From NCBI GenBank assembly GCA_002841695.1, contig PHAN01000016.1, positions 4,024 to 68,023 on the forward strand: DNA of 64,000 nucleotides, in the 5' to 3' direction. The DNA is from Elusimicrobia bacterium HGW-Elusimicrobia-1. GTDB taxonomy: Bacteria; Elusimicrobiota; Endomicrobiia; PHAN01. The position numbers and the translations under genes are program-made. The notes below the pieces were generated by a model. It was not told the origin of the DNA and ran no database searches. It saw only the letters and a list, made by a program, of their open reading frames with translations. Shown one piece after another: positions 36,116-44,522 of the stretch. How positions within the stretch are numbered: position 1 is the stretch's first letter; each line of letters starts with the position of its first letter.

Positions 36116-36137
36116 TCCTGCGGCACAATAAATATCC

Positions 36138-37070
36138 ATGATTGTAAAAAAAACAGCACGATTGTCGGCTGCGCTTTTTTTTGCCGTTTTACTGACGGGC
36201 TGCGCAACCGCTCCGAAGCGCGCAACTCGCCTCTTTGTCGCGCCTGCCGATTACATATCGGGCGACACCGACATCAAAATACATATGATAGACGTCGGCC
36301 AGGGCGATTCCATCCTTATACAGACGCCCAACGGACGCAATATGCTCATAGACGCCGGAGGCGTGCCTTCGTTTATGGGCGGGAATACCGATACCGGCCG
36401 CGAATACGTCATTCCGTTTTTACAGCGGCATTTGCGCCGGGGATTTACTCTGGACGCGGTTATAATGTCGCACCCGCACGCGGACCATATAGGCGGTATG
36501 CCGACGGTGCTGGAGAATGTGAAAGTCCGCAAGGTATACGATTCCGGCTACGCCCGCGGCGACAGCGAATACGGAAAGTGTCTTGAAATTATCAAGCGCA
36601 AGAATATCGACTACGAGGTCGTCTCCGCCGGAGACGTCATAGAACTTGACCCCGACCTGGAAATAACCGTGCTTTCGCCGCCGTCGGGCATATCATTCGA
36701 GGGCGCTAACAACAATTCCGTGGTAGTGCGGATAAAATACAAGGATTTTGTGACGATATTGACGGGCGACGCCGAGGTCGAAGCCGAGAACTATATGGTC
36801 CCAAGTTTTCGCGGCGGACTTCAGGCCAGCTTGCTTAAGGTCGGTCATCACGGGTCGCGCACTTCTTCCACGCCGGGATTTATAAACGCGCTGATTCCGG
36901 AAGTAGCCCTGATACCATGCGGGAGAAACAACCGTTTCGGTCACCCTCATTCCGAAACCGTTTCGCGTCTGAGAGGGGCCGATACATATGTTTATCGCAG
37001 CGATTACGACGGCGATGTCACCGTTACTTCCAACGGATTCAGTTTCACCGTCCGGACTTCGCGCAGATAA
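36138..37070 (+). CDS. Lipoprotein ComEC-type metallo-beta-lactamase-fold protein (putative nuclease), paralog 2
   Basis: Lipobox LLTGC. Also IDVGQGDSILIQTP, HPHADHIGG and VGHHGS. Confidence 0.75.
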   Translation: MIVKKTARLSAALFFAVLLTGCATAPKRATRLFVAPADYISGDTDIKIHMIDVGQGDSILIQTPNGRNMLIDAGGVPSFMGGNTDTGREYVIPFLQRHLRRGFTLDAVIMSHPHADHIGGMPTVLENVKVRKVYDSGYARGDSEYGKCLEIIKRKNIDYEVVSAGDVIELDPDLEITVLSPPSGISFEGANNNSVVVRIKYKDFVTILTGDAEVEAENYMVPSFRGGLQASLLKVGHHGSRTSSTPGFINALIPEVALIPCGRNNRFGHPHSETVSRLRGADTYVYRSDYDGDVTVTSNGFSFTVRTSRR

Positions 37071-37083
37071 TCAAAAAAAAACC

Positions 37084-37112
37084 TTGAATTCGCGCGTGGA
37101 TTTGTGTATAAT
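37084..37112 (+). promoter_or_regulatory. Consensus-like sigma70 promoter (TTGAAT-N17-TATAAT with extended TGTG) upstream of HIT-rpsU-nif3-dnaG-rpoD
   Basis: ttgaat tcgcgcgtggatttgtg tataat, read directly. Confidence 0.55.
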
Positions 37113-37181
37113 CAATCCCTGTTGAGTTTCGCATAATCAGTTGACATTTTGTCTCTGCCGTAATCGGCGGTTTTACCCGCG

Positions 37182-37520
37182 ATGGACTGTGTTTTCTGCA
37201 AAATAGCTTCGGGAGTATTGCCGTCATCCAAGGTCTACGAGGATGACAAAGTGTTCGCTTTCAGGGACATAACTCCTCAGGCGCCCGTGCATATACTGAT
37301 AGTGCCGCGCCGACATATCGAGGGTCTTGATTCATTGAGCGATACCGACGCTGATGTCTCCGCCGCCATACTTGCGGCCGCAAAAAAAATTGCCGCCGCG
37401 GAGGGCCTTAAAAACGGATGGCGGCTGGTCTCAAATTGCGGTCCCGATGCCGGTCAGGCCGTGGCTCATCTTCATTTTCATCTTCTCGGAGGACGCAAGT
37501 TTTTGTGGCCCCCGGGTTAA
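37182..37520 (+). CDS. HIT-family (histidine triad) nucleotide hydrolase
   Basis: CVFCKI, plus the HLHFHLLGG histidine triad. Confidence 0.85.
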   Translation: MDCVFCKIASGVLPSSKVYEDDKVFAFRDITPQAPVHILIVPRRHIEGLDSLSDTDADVSAAILAAAKKIAAAEGLKNGWRLVSNCGPDAGQAVAHLHFHLLGGRKFLWPPG

Positions 37521-37565
37521 AAATACAAGCAATAAATATACCAATGAAAGGTGGTGTTATCATTA

Positions 37566-37832
37566 ATGGTTAACGTTGTCGTCCGTCAGGGCGAAACTAT
37601 CGAAGAGGCGTTGCGCCGTTTCAAGCGCGAGTGCGAAAAGCACGGAGTTCTTCAGGAAATCAAAAGAAGAGAGTACTACAAACCTCCCAGCGTCGTCAAA
37701 AAAGAGAAAAATAACGAGATAAAAAGAAAGCTCCGCAGGAGAGCGTTCAAAGCGGCCAATCAGCGCAAGCGCCGCTTGCGCGTTGTGCGCCGGCCGGGCT
37801 CCCGCCCGCCGAGTCGTCCGTCGTCCAGATAA
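37566..37832 (+). CDS. rpsU: 30S ribosomal protein S21 (with basic C-terminal extension)
   Basis: MVNVVVRQGETIEEALRRFKRECEKHGVLQEIKRREYYKPPS. RBS AAAGGTGG lies 11 nt upstream. Confidence 0.85.
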   Translation: MVNVVVRQGETIEEALRRFKRECEKHGVLQEIKRREYYKPPSVVKKEKNNEIKRKLRRRAFKAANQRKRRLRVVRRPGSRPPSRPSSR

Positions 37833-37875
37833 TCGAGGGGAAAACTTCGTTTATTTCGTTAAAAAGGAAACTTGC

Positions 37876-38835
37876 ATGGCTTCATTAAAAGAGATATACC
37901 GCGCCGCCGTGGACGCAGGCATAAAAGCCGACCCGCGCGGCGAGGAGTTTGTCCGGCGCGAGTTGGCGCGCGAAAAGGAAAAATTCGAGAAGCTTTCGGA
38001 TATCGAAAAGTCCGAGTTCGACCGCGAAAAACTCGAAAATCCCTACTCCGACACCCGCATCCTCAACGATCCGTCCGGCGCCGGCATAAAAACCGCGCTG
38101 ACGGGCATAGATATGGAAGCGCCGGAGATACTTCTGTTCGACGCGCTCAAAAGGAAAGGTCGCTCGATAGACGCCGTAATCGGGCATCATCCCGAAGGCC
38201 GCGCGTACGCCAGGTTCTACGAAGTCATGAAGATGCAGGCCGACATTTTTTCGGCTGCGGGCGTGCCTATAAATATAGTCGAAGGCCTTACCGCCGAAAG
38301 AATGTCGGAAGTCGCGCGCAGGGTGGCGCCCGCCAACCATGAGCGCGCCGTCGACGCCGCCAAGTTGATGGATGTGCCGTTTATGTGCGTCCACACTCCG
38401 GCCGACAATCACGTCGCCTCGCACCTTTCGCGGCTCTTCGCCGAGAAGAAGCCCGAATTCCTCGACGACGTAATCAAAATACTCAAGGACATCCCCGAAT
38501 ATAAAATAGCCGTGGAGGCCGGTTCGGGGCCATTTATACTTGTCGGCGAAAAATCCCGCCGCGCCGGACGCGTCATAGTGGATATGACGGGCGGCACCGA
38601 GGGCTCAAAGGACATATTCGATTCACTGGCCACATCGGGCGTCGGAACCGTCGTCGCCATGCATTTGAGCGAAGATCATTACAAAAAAGCCAAGGAAAAC
38701 CGCGTAAACGTGGTTGTGGCCGGACATATATCCTCGGACAATCTGGGGCTTAATCTACTCTTCGACGCGCTTAAACTTCGCGGGATCGAGCTTGATACGG
38801 TTCCCTGCTCCGGTTTCCGTCGAGTCAACCGTTAA
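37876..38835 (+). CDS. NIF3 (NGG1p-interacting factor 3)-like dinuclear-metal-centre protein (YqfO/YbgI family)
   Basis: GHHPE..., HTPADN, and the overall NIF3 layout. Conserved position upstream of dnaG. Confidence 0.65.
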   Translation: MASLKEIYRAAVDAGIKADPRGEEFVRRELAREKEKFEKLSDIEKSEFDREKLENPYSDTRILNDPSGAGIKTALTGIDMEAPEILLFDALKRKGRSIDAVIGHHPEGRAYARFYEVMKMQADIFSAAGVPINIVEGLTAERMSEVARRVAPANHERAVDAAKLMDVPFMCVHTPADNHVASHLSRLFAEKKPEFLDDVIKILKDIPEYKIAVEAGSGPFILVGEKSRRAGRVIVDMTGGTEGSKDIFDSLATSGVGTVVAMHLSEDHYKKAKENRVNVVVAGHISSDNLGLNLLFDALKLRGIELDTVPCSGFRRVNR

Positions 38836-38891
38836 TTTTTGTACTTAATGCAAGCGCCGGTTCGACACCGCGCGTCCGCCCCTTTTTTTGT

Positions 38892-40733
38892 ATGGCCATC
38901 CCCTCAAAAACCATCGAAGACATAAAAGCGAAAGCCGATATAGTGGCCGTTATCGAGAAGTATCTGCCGGAGCTTAAAAAATCCGGACGCAACTATCGTG
39001 CGCGTTGTCCTTTCCATAACGAAAAAACCCCCTCGTTTTTCGTCAATCCCGACAAAGGGATGTACCATTGTTTCGGCTGCGGAGCCAATGGCGACGTGTT
39101 CAAGTTCGTGCAGGAATACGAAAAAATATCCTGGCCGGAGGCCGTGCGAAAAATTGCCGCCGACGTCGGCATATCCGTGCGCGACGAGTACGAAAACTCG
39201 GCCGCCGCCGCCGAAGACCGTCGTCTTTACGAGGCGCTCGAGCGCGCCGCGAGCCATTACAAAAAAACTCTTTTTGAAACGTACGCGGGCAAAAACGCGC
39301 TCGAATATCTTAAAGGCCGTTCGATTACCCTCGATACTATAGAACGTTTCGGCATAGGTTTTTCCCAGGGCGACGCCGTCCATGCGCTGGCCAAAGAGGG
39401 AATAACCGCCGAGCAGCTTGCAAAGGCGGGCCTGTCCCGCGACGGCGACGGAAGGACGTTCGAATACATGAGCGGGCGGCTGGTTTTTCCCATCAGAGAC
39501 GCGCGCGGAAGAATAGTGGCTTTCGGAGGCCGTTCGCTGGACGATACCCGTCAGCCGAAATACCTCAACACTCCCGAAACGCGCATTTACATAAAGGGAC
39601 GTCATCTGTACGGTTTTTTTGAGGGTTCCGAGCGCATAAAAAAATCAGCCGAGATAATAATTGTCGAAGGTTATGTCGACGTGGTTGCGTCGCACCAGTA
39701 CGGCCTTCCTAACGCGGTTTCCTGTCTGGGCACCGCTTTTACGGAATACCACGCCGCGCTCGTCGGGCGTTTCGTAAAAAAAACGGCTCTGATATTCGAT
39801 CCGGATAAAGCGGGACTTACCGCGGCTGTCCGCGCGGCGGAACATCTTATAAATACCGAGACGGAGTTTTACGTGGTCACTCTGCCCGATAAGACCGACC
39901 CTGACGAATATATAATTAAAAACGGAGCCAGGGAATTTGTCGACTACATCAGGCGCAGCAAAAAAAACTTTTTCGATTTTCACTGCGATTATCTTGCGGC
40001 CAAGCACGGCGCGGCTACGCCGCTTGAAAAACTCGCCTGTCTTAAAGAAATTTTCCCCAACGTGTCGCGCATAAAAAGCCCGCTGATCGCTCAGGAGACG
40101 CTCAAAATCGTCTCCCAGAAACTGGGAATTGACCTTAATATTGTGGCCGCCGAATACTCCATCGCGCTTAAAAAACTCGGCGGACATTCCGGCAATCGTT
40201 TTCAAACTTCGGAGCGGGTATATCCGTCGAGAGCGCCGTCGGAGCCCGCGCGGGCTCACGCCGCAAAAACTTCGTCAAGACCGCTTTCGGGCGAGGAGAC
40301 GCTTATTTCGGTGCTCTTGCGCAGTCCCGAGCGTTCCGCCGATTTCAGTCAGGAGATGTTTCTGGAACAAGGGTGTCTGTCCGTCTGGAAAAAGATCCGC
40401 GAAGATTATACGCATCGCGGCAAAATCGACGCCGCGGCCATAGCCGCCTCTTTGCCCGACGACGCAAAGGAATGGTTCTCTTCTCTGGCCGTCCGCGAAA
40501 TAAATCTTTCCGTGCACGAATGCGTCGAAAGAATCCACGGCGAAATGTCCGAGGCGCTGCTGCGCAAAAGATTGAAAGCGCTTGAGCCCGAGGTGCTCGC
40601 TTCGCTTGTCGGCGGTCGCCCAGATGCGGCCAAATGCGAGGAATACCAGTCGATACTGCGTCGTCTCAAAAATCCGCGCCCGCCGCGCGGCGCGGTCGAA
40701 AATGCCGCCGAGGTCAGCCCCGCCAGACGCTAA
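38892..40733 (+). CDS. dnaG: DNA primase
   Basis: Zinc ribbon CPFHNEKTPSFFVNPDKGMYHCFGCGANGD. TOPRIM motifs (IVEGYVDV; DPDKAG). Confidence 0.92.
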   Translation: MAIPSKTIEDIKAKADIVAVIEKYLPELKKSGRNYRARCPFHNEKTPSFFVNPDKGMYHCFGCGANGDVFKFVQEYEKISWPEAVRKIAADVGISVRDEYENSAAAAEDRRLYEALERAASHYKKTLFETYAGKNALEYLKGRSITLDTIERFGIGFSQGDAVHALAKEGITAEQLAKAGLSRDGDGRTFEYMSGRLVFPIRDARGRIVAFGGRSLDDTRQPKYLNTPETRIYIKGRHLYGFFEGSERIKKSAEIIIVEGYVDVVASHQYGLPNAVSCLGTAFTEYHAALVGRFVKKTALIFDPDKAGLTAAVRAAEHLINTETEFYVVTLPDKTDPDEYIIKNGAREFVDYIRRSKKNFFDFHCDYLAAKHGAATPLEKLACLKEIFPNVSRIKSPLIAQETLKIVSQKLGIDLNIVAAEYSIALKKLGGHSGNRFQTSERVYPSRAPSEPARAHAAKTSSRPLSGEETLISVLLRSPERSADFSQEMFLEQGCLSVWKKIREDYTHRGKIDAAAIAASLPDDAKEWFSSLAVREINLSVHECVERIHGEMSEALLRKRLKALEPEVLASLVGGRPDAAKCEEYQSILRRLKNPRPPRGAVENAAEVSPARR

Positions 40734-40747
40734 AAGGATAAAAATAA

Positions 40748-42472
40748 ATGTCTAAAAAAATACTTAAAAACATAGTAGAGTACGCCAAATCGCAGGGTTC
40801 GCGGATAACTTACGAAGACCTGAATTCGCGCATACCGCCCGAATATTTTTCAAAGGATTTCTACGACAGTTTGCTCGATGTCCTTAAGTCGTCCGGTATA
40901 ACCGTTGCCGACAAAAATGAGGAGCATCAAGGCGAGTCCCACGAAGCCGCCGTCGAGCATCATAAGGCCGAGCTGGCCAGCGCGATAGAAAAAGAGGCGC
41001 TGGAAAATCCCGTAAGAATTTACCTTCGTGAAACCGCCAAGACGCCTCTTCTGACATGGGAAGAAGAAATCGACCTTGCCCGCCGCATTCGCGATAACGA
41101 GAGAAAACTCGAGTTGATGATTCTCTCCTCGCCGATCATTTTCAAAGAAATCAAAAACTGGGCCACCCTTATCGACCAGGATGAAATGACCGAGAAAGAG
41201 CTTATGCAGCGCGGCCGCAAATCCGAGGGTCAGCTCGCCTATATGCGCCGCAAAATCCGCAAGGTCGTCAATTCCATCAACGCTTCGGAGCGTGTGCTCA
41301 ATCGTCTGATAGAAGAGGCGGCGTCAAAAAATTTAAGCGTCCGCGCCAGAGAGAGCATAACGGCCCAAAAAGAGGCCGCCAAGCTTAAACTTCTCAATCA
41401 GATAATTTCGCTTAATCTCAACCAGAATAAAATAAAACGCCTGACCAATAAAATAAAAACTCTTGCCGAAAAGGGAATGGAGTTGAGACGGCATTTGGAC
41501 GCGGTGGAGCGGCGCATAAAAATTAGTTTGTCTGATCTTAAAAATATATACGCCAAGTTGATGCGTCGCAAGATTTCGTCCCGCGATTTTGCGGCCAAGA
41601 CGCATATCAGCTCCGCCCTGGCCGAAAAAACTTTAACCAATAACGCCGAATATATCGCGAGTTTCAAGGATTTCGAGTCGGCTCTGCCGATGCCGGTTGC
41701 GGATCTTTTCTATATGAAGGAACGCATAGAAGTTCTCGAAAAACAGATCCACGACGATAAATCCAAACTTATCAGCGCGAACCTCCGCCTGGTGGTGTCT
41801 ATAGCCAAAAAATACATAAATCAAAGTCCTCTTGAACTCGCCGATCTTATACAAGAGGGAAACCACGGGCTTATGCGCGCCGTCGAAAAGTTTGAATGGA
41901 AAAGGGGATTTAAATTCTCGACATACGCCACATGGTGGATAAGACAGTCCATAAACAGGGCAATAGCCGATCACGGCCGCACAATACGCATACCCGTGCA
42001 TAAAAAAGAGATGATTTCCAAGATTTCTAAAATTCGGCGGAAGTACCAGCAGGAACATGCCCGCGACCCGCTTATAGCCGAATACGCCAAACACCTGCAT
42101 CTGGGCGCGGCGGAAACCCGCGAGATACTTTCGCTTATGCAGGAGCCCATATCCACCGCGACTCCCGTCGACGACGACGAATCGTCGCGTATAGAGGATC
42201 TCATCGAGGATCAGAACTCGCTTTCGCCTTCCAAGGCGCTTTATCAGATGCGTTTGCGCATAGCCATAGAAAAAATACTCTCCACCCTGCACGCCCGCGA
42301 AGCCGAAATCATCAGAATGAGATTCGGACTTGACGGGGGACATCAGCGCACACTTGAAGAAGTCGGTCAGGCGTTTAACATAACGAGAGAGCGTGTGCGC
42401 CAGATAGAAGCAAAGGTCCTGCGCAAACTCAAACATCCCTCCCGCAGCAAGCATCTCAGAGAGTATATTTAA
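40748..42472 (+). CDS. rpoD: RNA polymerase primary sigma factor
   Basis: Region 2 ([37 protein letters not shown]). Regions 3 and 4 ([27 protein letters not shown]). Confidence 0.92.
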   Translation: MSKKILKNIVEYAKSQGSRITYEDLNSRIPPEYFSKDFYDSLLDVLKSSGITVADKNEEHQGESHEAAVEHHKAELASAIEKEALENPVRIYLRETAKTPLLTWEEEIDLARRIRDNERKLELMILSSPIIFKEIKNWATLIDQDEMTEKELMQRGRKSEGQLAYMRRKIRKVVNSINASERVLNRLIEEAASKNLSVRARESITAQKEAAKLKLLNQIISLNLNQNKIKRLTNKIKTLAEKGMELRRHLDAVERRIKISLSDLKNIYAKLMRRKISSRDFAAKTHISSALAEKTLTNNAEYIASFKDFESALPMPVADLFYMKERIEVLEKQIHDDKSKLISANLRLVVSIAKKYINQSPLELADLIQEGNHGLMRAVEKFEWKRGFKFSTYATWWIRQSINRAIADHGRTIRIPVHKKEMISKISKIRRKYQQEHARDPLIAEYAKHLHLGAAETREILSLMQEPISTATPVDDDESSRIEDLIEDQNSLSPSKALYQMRLRIAIEKILSTLHAREAEIIRMRFGLDGGHQRTLEEVGQAFNITRERVRQIEAKVLRKLKHPSRSKHLREYI

Positions 42473-42495
42473 CCCTATCTCCTGCCCCCGCCTCT

Positions 42496-42525
42496 TTGAC
42501 TGCCCCCGCCCCATTTTGCTACAAT
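42496..42525 (+). promoter_or_regulatory. sigma70-type promoter (TTGACT-N18-TACAAT) for the tRNA-Met gene
   Basis: ttgact gcccccgccccattttgc tacaat. Ends ~16 nt before the tRNA 5' end. Confidence 0.55.
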
Positions 42526-42541
42526 CTCCTTTCGAGTAATT

Positions 42542-42615
42542 GGGCCCGTAGCTCAGTTGGTTAGAGCAGACGACTCATAATCGTCGGGTCGTGGGTTCGA
42601 GTCCTACCGGGCCCA
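42542..42615 (+). tRNA. tRNA-Met (anticodon CAT; elongator type, could alternatively be tRNA-Ile2 if lysidinylated); CCA not encoded
   Basis: Cloverleaf read by hand. Acceptor gggcccg/cgggccc. D-arm gctcagttggttagagc. Anticodon stem gacga/tcgtc with loop ctCATaa. T-arm gtgggttcgagtcctac. G1-C72 rules out the initiator. Confidence 0.8.
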
Positions 42616-42698
42616 AACTTAATGCGGCAGAGTTGAACAGGCGGGGGTAAGGCGCAAAAAACCTTAACCGTCGTTTACTGCTGTCCGTTTTTCTCGTC

Positions 42699-42773
42699 GG
42701 ACGGTTAGCTCAGCGGTAGAGCATTGCACTCACATTGCAAGGGCCGCAGGTTCAAATCCTGCACCGTCCACCA
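42699..42773 (+). tRNA. tRNA-Val (anticodon CAC), CCA encoded
   Basis: Acceptor ggacggt/accgtcc. D-arm gctcagcggtagagc. Anticodon stem ttgca/tgcaa with loop ctCACat. T-arm gcaggttcaaatcctgc. Ends with 3' cca. Confidence 0.8.
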
Positions 42774-42828
42774 GATGTCTGCCCGCGCCGCTAAATTATG
42801 CGGCGTATAAAATAATGTCGCCAAAATA

Positions 42829-43578
42829 ATGTCAATAGTATCGGACACACTTGCAAAATTGATTAAACTTCAGGCGCTGGATGCGGAAGCGGCGCGTCTG
42901 GCGTGCGCGCTTGAGGGTATCCCCGCGCGCAAGAAAAGTGTCGAAGACGCGCTGGCGGCGAGTAAAAGGGAATTCGACGAAAAACAAAATCTCGCGCGGC
43001 GTTTGCAACTCGATCTTAAAAACAAGAACGCCGAACTTGAGGCGGCCGAAGCCGCCGTGCAGAAACACACCGCCGAACTTAACACCGTAAAAAGTAACCA
43101 GGCGTATCGGGCGTTGCTCGACGAGATCGAGGAAGCCAAGAGGCGTTCGTCGGAAATAGAAGACGCCATACTCAAAATCCTCGATTCCGCAGACAGGGAA
43201 AACAAGGCGGCGCTCGCCGCTTCGGCCGTAATAAAAAAGATGGAAGCCGATGCCGCGTCCGAGTTATCCGGAATCGACGAGGAAACGCGCAAAATTGAGT
43301 CGGAGTCGTCCGGTTTGCGCGCTCAAAGAGAAGCCGCGGCGGCCGAAGTCGATCCGAGATTCTTGAGCATTTACACTCATATGCTATCGGCCAAAGGCGG
43401 AATGGCGATAGCTAAGCTTGAGGGCTCCGGTTGCGGCGGTTGTCATATGAAACTGTCCGTGCAGAACATAAACGAGCTTGAGCGCGTGTACAGCGCGGGT
43501 TCGCAGTCGGTCGAACTTGTTCGCTGCGAAAATTGTTCCAGAATACTTTACTCGGAAAAATATTCAAAGCGGAGTTGA
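42829..43578 (+). CDS. Coiled-coil protein with C-terminal C4 zinc-ribbon (DUF164/zf-RING_7-like)
   Basis: Long heptad-rich region ending in CGGCHMKLS...CENCSRIL. Confidence 0.6.
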   Translation: MSIVSDTLAKLIKLQALDAEAARLACALEGIPARKKSVEDALAASKREFDEKQNLARRLQLDLKNKNAELEAAEAAVQKHTAELNTVKSNQAYRALLDEIEEAKRRSSEIEDAILKILDSADRENKAALAASAVIKKMEADAASELSGIDEETRKIESESSGLRAQREAAAAEVDPRFLSIYTHMLSAKGGMAIAKLEGSGCGGCHMKLSVQNINELERVYSAGSQSVELVRCENCSRILYSEKYSKRS

Positions 43579-43604
43579 TGGTTTGATGTGCCCGTTCTTT
43601 TATA

Positions 43605-44050
43605 AATAACGGCTCGCCGCGCGTCGGCGTGTCGCCCCGTCCCGCTTTTCCCGCGATAAATCGCGGGAAAAGCGGGGCGGGGAGGAACTTCCGGACTCTC
43701 GTCCTTCCGCCTCGTTTATTCGGGGACGGGGGAACAGGTAGCGGGTAATTCCCGTCGTCCCGCCTTGGCGGGGCAGAGGTGCGAACAGAAACGGCACGCG
43801 GCGAAAGTCGCGGGCCGCCCCGGCGTCAAGACCCGGGGCGAGACGCTCCATAAGCGCGCGAACGCATTAATTTGTGTGCGCGCGGACAAAGAGCGGATGA
43901 AACGGCTAAATCCTTACCCGAGAGCAAGGCCGAACATGGTGGGCCGCTTGACCCCGCCGGTAACGACGGGGCTTAGAGTAATGACACGCGTTCCGCCGCA
44001 GTATGGCGGGATACGAAATCCGGAGTATAGACGCGCGGCAGGTCGTCAAA
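43605..44050 (+). ncRNA. rnpB: Putative RNase P RNA (bacterial type A-like), boundaries approximate
   Basis: Non-coding, highly structured GC-rich segment. P2 is gccgcgcgtc (43616-25) paired with gacgcgcggc (44030-39). P3 is a 16-bp hairpin at 43641-43676. It is followed by GGAGGAAcuUCCGGAcuc (P4 5' strand, cf. universal AGGAAAGUCCGGGCUC) and later aAAUCCGGAGua (P4 3' strand). The segment GAUGAAACGGCUAAAUCCUUACCCGAGAGCAAGGCCGAACAUGGUGGG (43896-43943) closely parallels E. coli ACGGUAAACUCCACCCGGAGCAAGGCCAAAUAGGGG. P4 shows unusual deviations from consensus. Confidence 0.6.
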
Positions 44051-44066
44051 TACAGGGGGCGGCAAA

Positions 44067-44387
44067 ATGGATATCGCGGCTCTTATCAAGCATCGTATTT
44101 ACACATACGCCGAGTTTGCCAGGTACATTTTCGGCAGAGTGACCGGCAGTCGCTCGGCCGACAGGGAAAATAATTACTGGGGATATATCGCCTCCCTGAC
44201 CGAACATCGCCGCAAGAAGTGCCCCCACGCGTCTCTTCGGAAAATTTCTTCTACGAAATTTTTTTGCGAGAAATGCGGCGCCGAAGTCCGCTACATCCGC
44301 GAAGAACTCTCTATCGCGGCCGAAATTACGACGGTGCTTCTTGCCGCCGCGTTGGTTTACAAAATCCTCAAAAAACCCCGCTCGTAA
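44067..44387 (+). CDS. Hypothetical small protein with zinc-ribbon-like CPH...CEKCG motif and C-terminal transmembrane helix
   Basis: ORF of 106 aa. Hydrophobic tail IAAEITTVLLAAALVYKIL. Confidence 0.35.
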   Translation: MDIAALIKHRIYTYAEFARYIFGRVTGSRSADRENNYWGYIASLTEHRRKKCPHASLRKISSTKFFCEKCGAEVRYIREELSIAAEITTVLLAAALVYKILKKPRS

Positions 44388-44466
44388 AACAACCGACCCG
44401 CCTGAGTTTATTGACCCGCCGACACTTGACAAGGTCTCCGCTATTTTGTACACTTATCGGGAAACG

Positions 44467-44490
44467 GTGGATAAAAGTGGCGGAAAGTGT
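44467..44490 (+). promoter_or_regulatory. Putative MraZ operator: three GTGG/GTGT direct repeats at 10-nt spacing upstream of mraZ
   Basis: GTGGataaaaGTGGcggaaaGTGT. Matches the known MraZ-binding architecture (direct repeats one helical turn apart). A candidate promoter TTGACA-N17-TACACT lies just upstream (about 44428-44456). Confidence 0.5.
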
Positions 44491-44522
44491 TGATTTTCCG
44501 CATCTTCCGCGGGAGTCCGTCG

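Noticed and set aside
43600-44060. Possibility that this structured non-coding region is tmRNA rather than RNase P RNA; also the 83-aa minus-strand ORF 43600-43851
   Set aside because: There is no tRNA-like 3' end (T-arm GGUUCGAnUCC ... CCA) and no tag-peptide reading frame ending in a stop within a pseudoknot context. The order P2, P3 hairpin, GGAGGAA-UCCGG block and E. coli-like P11/12 segment fits rnpB better. The minus ORF is a GC-rich shadow.
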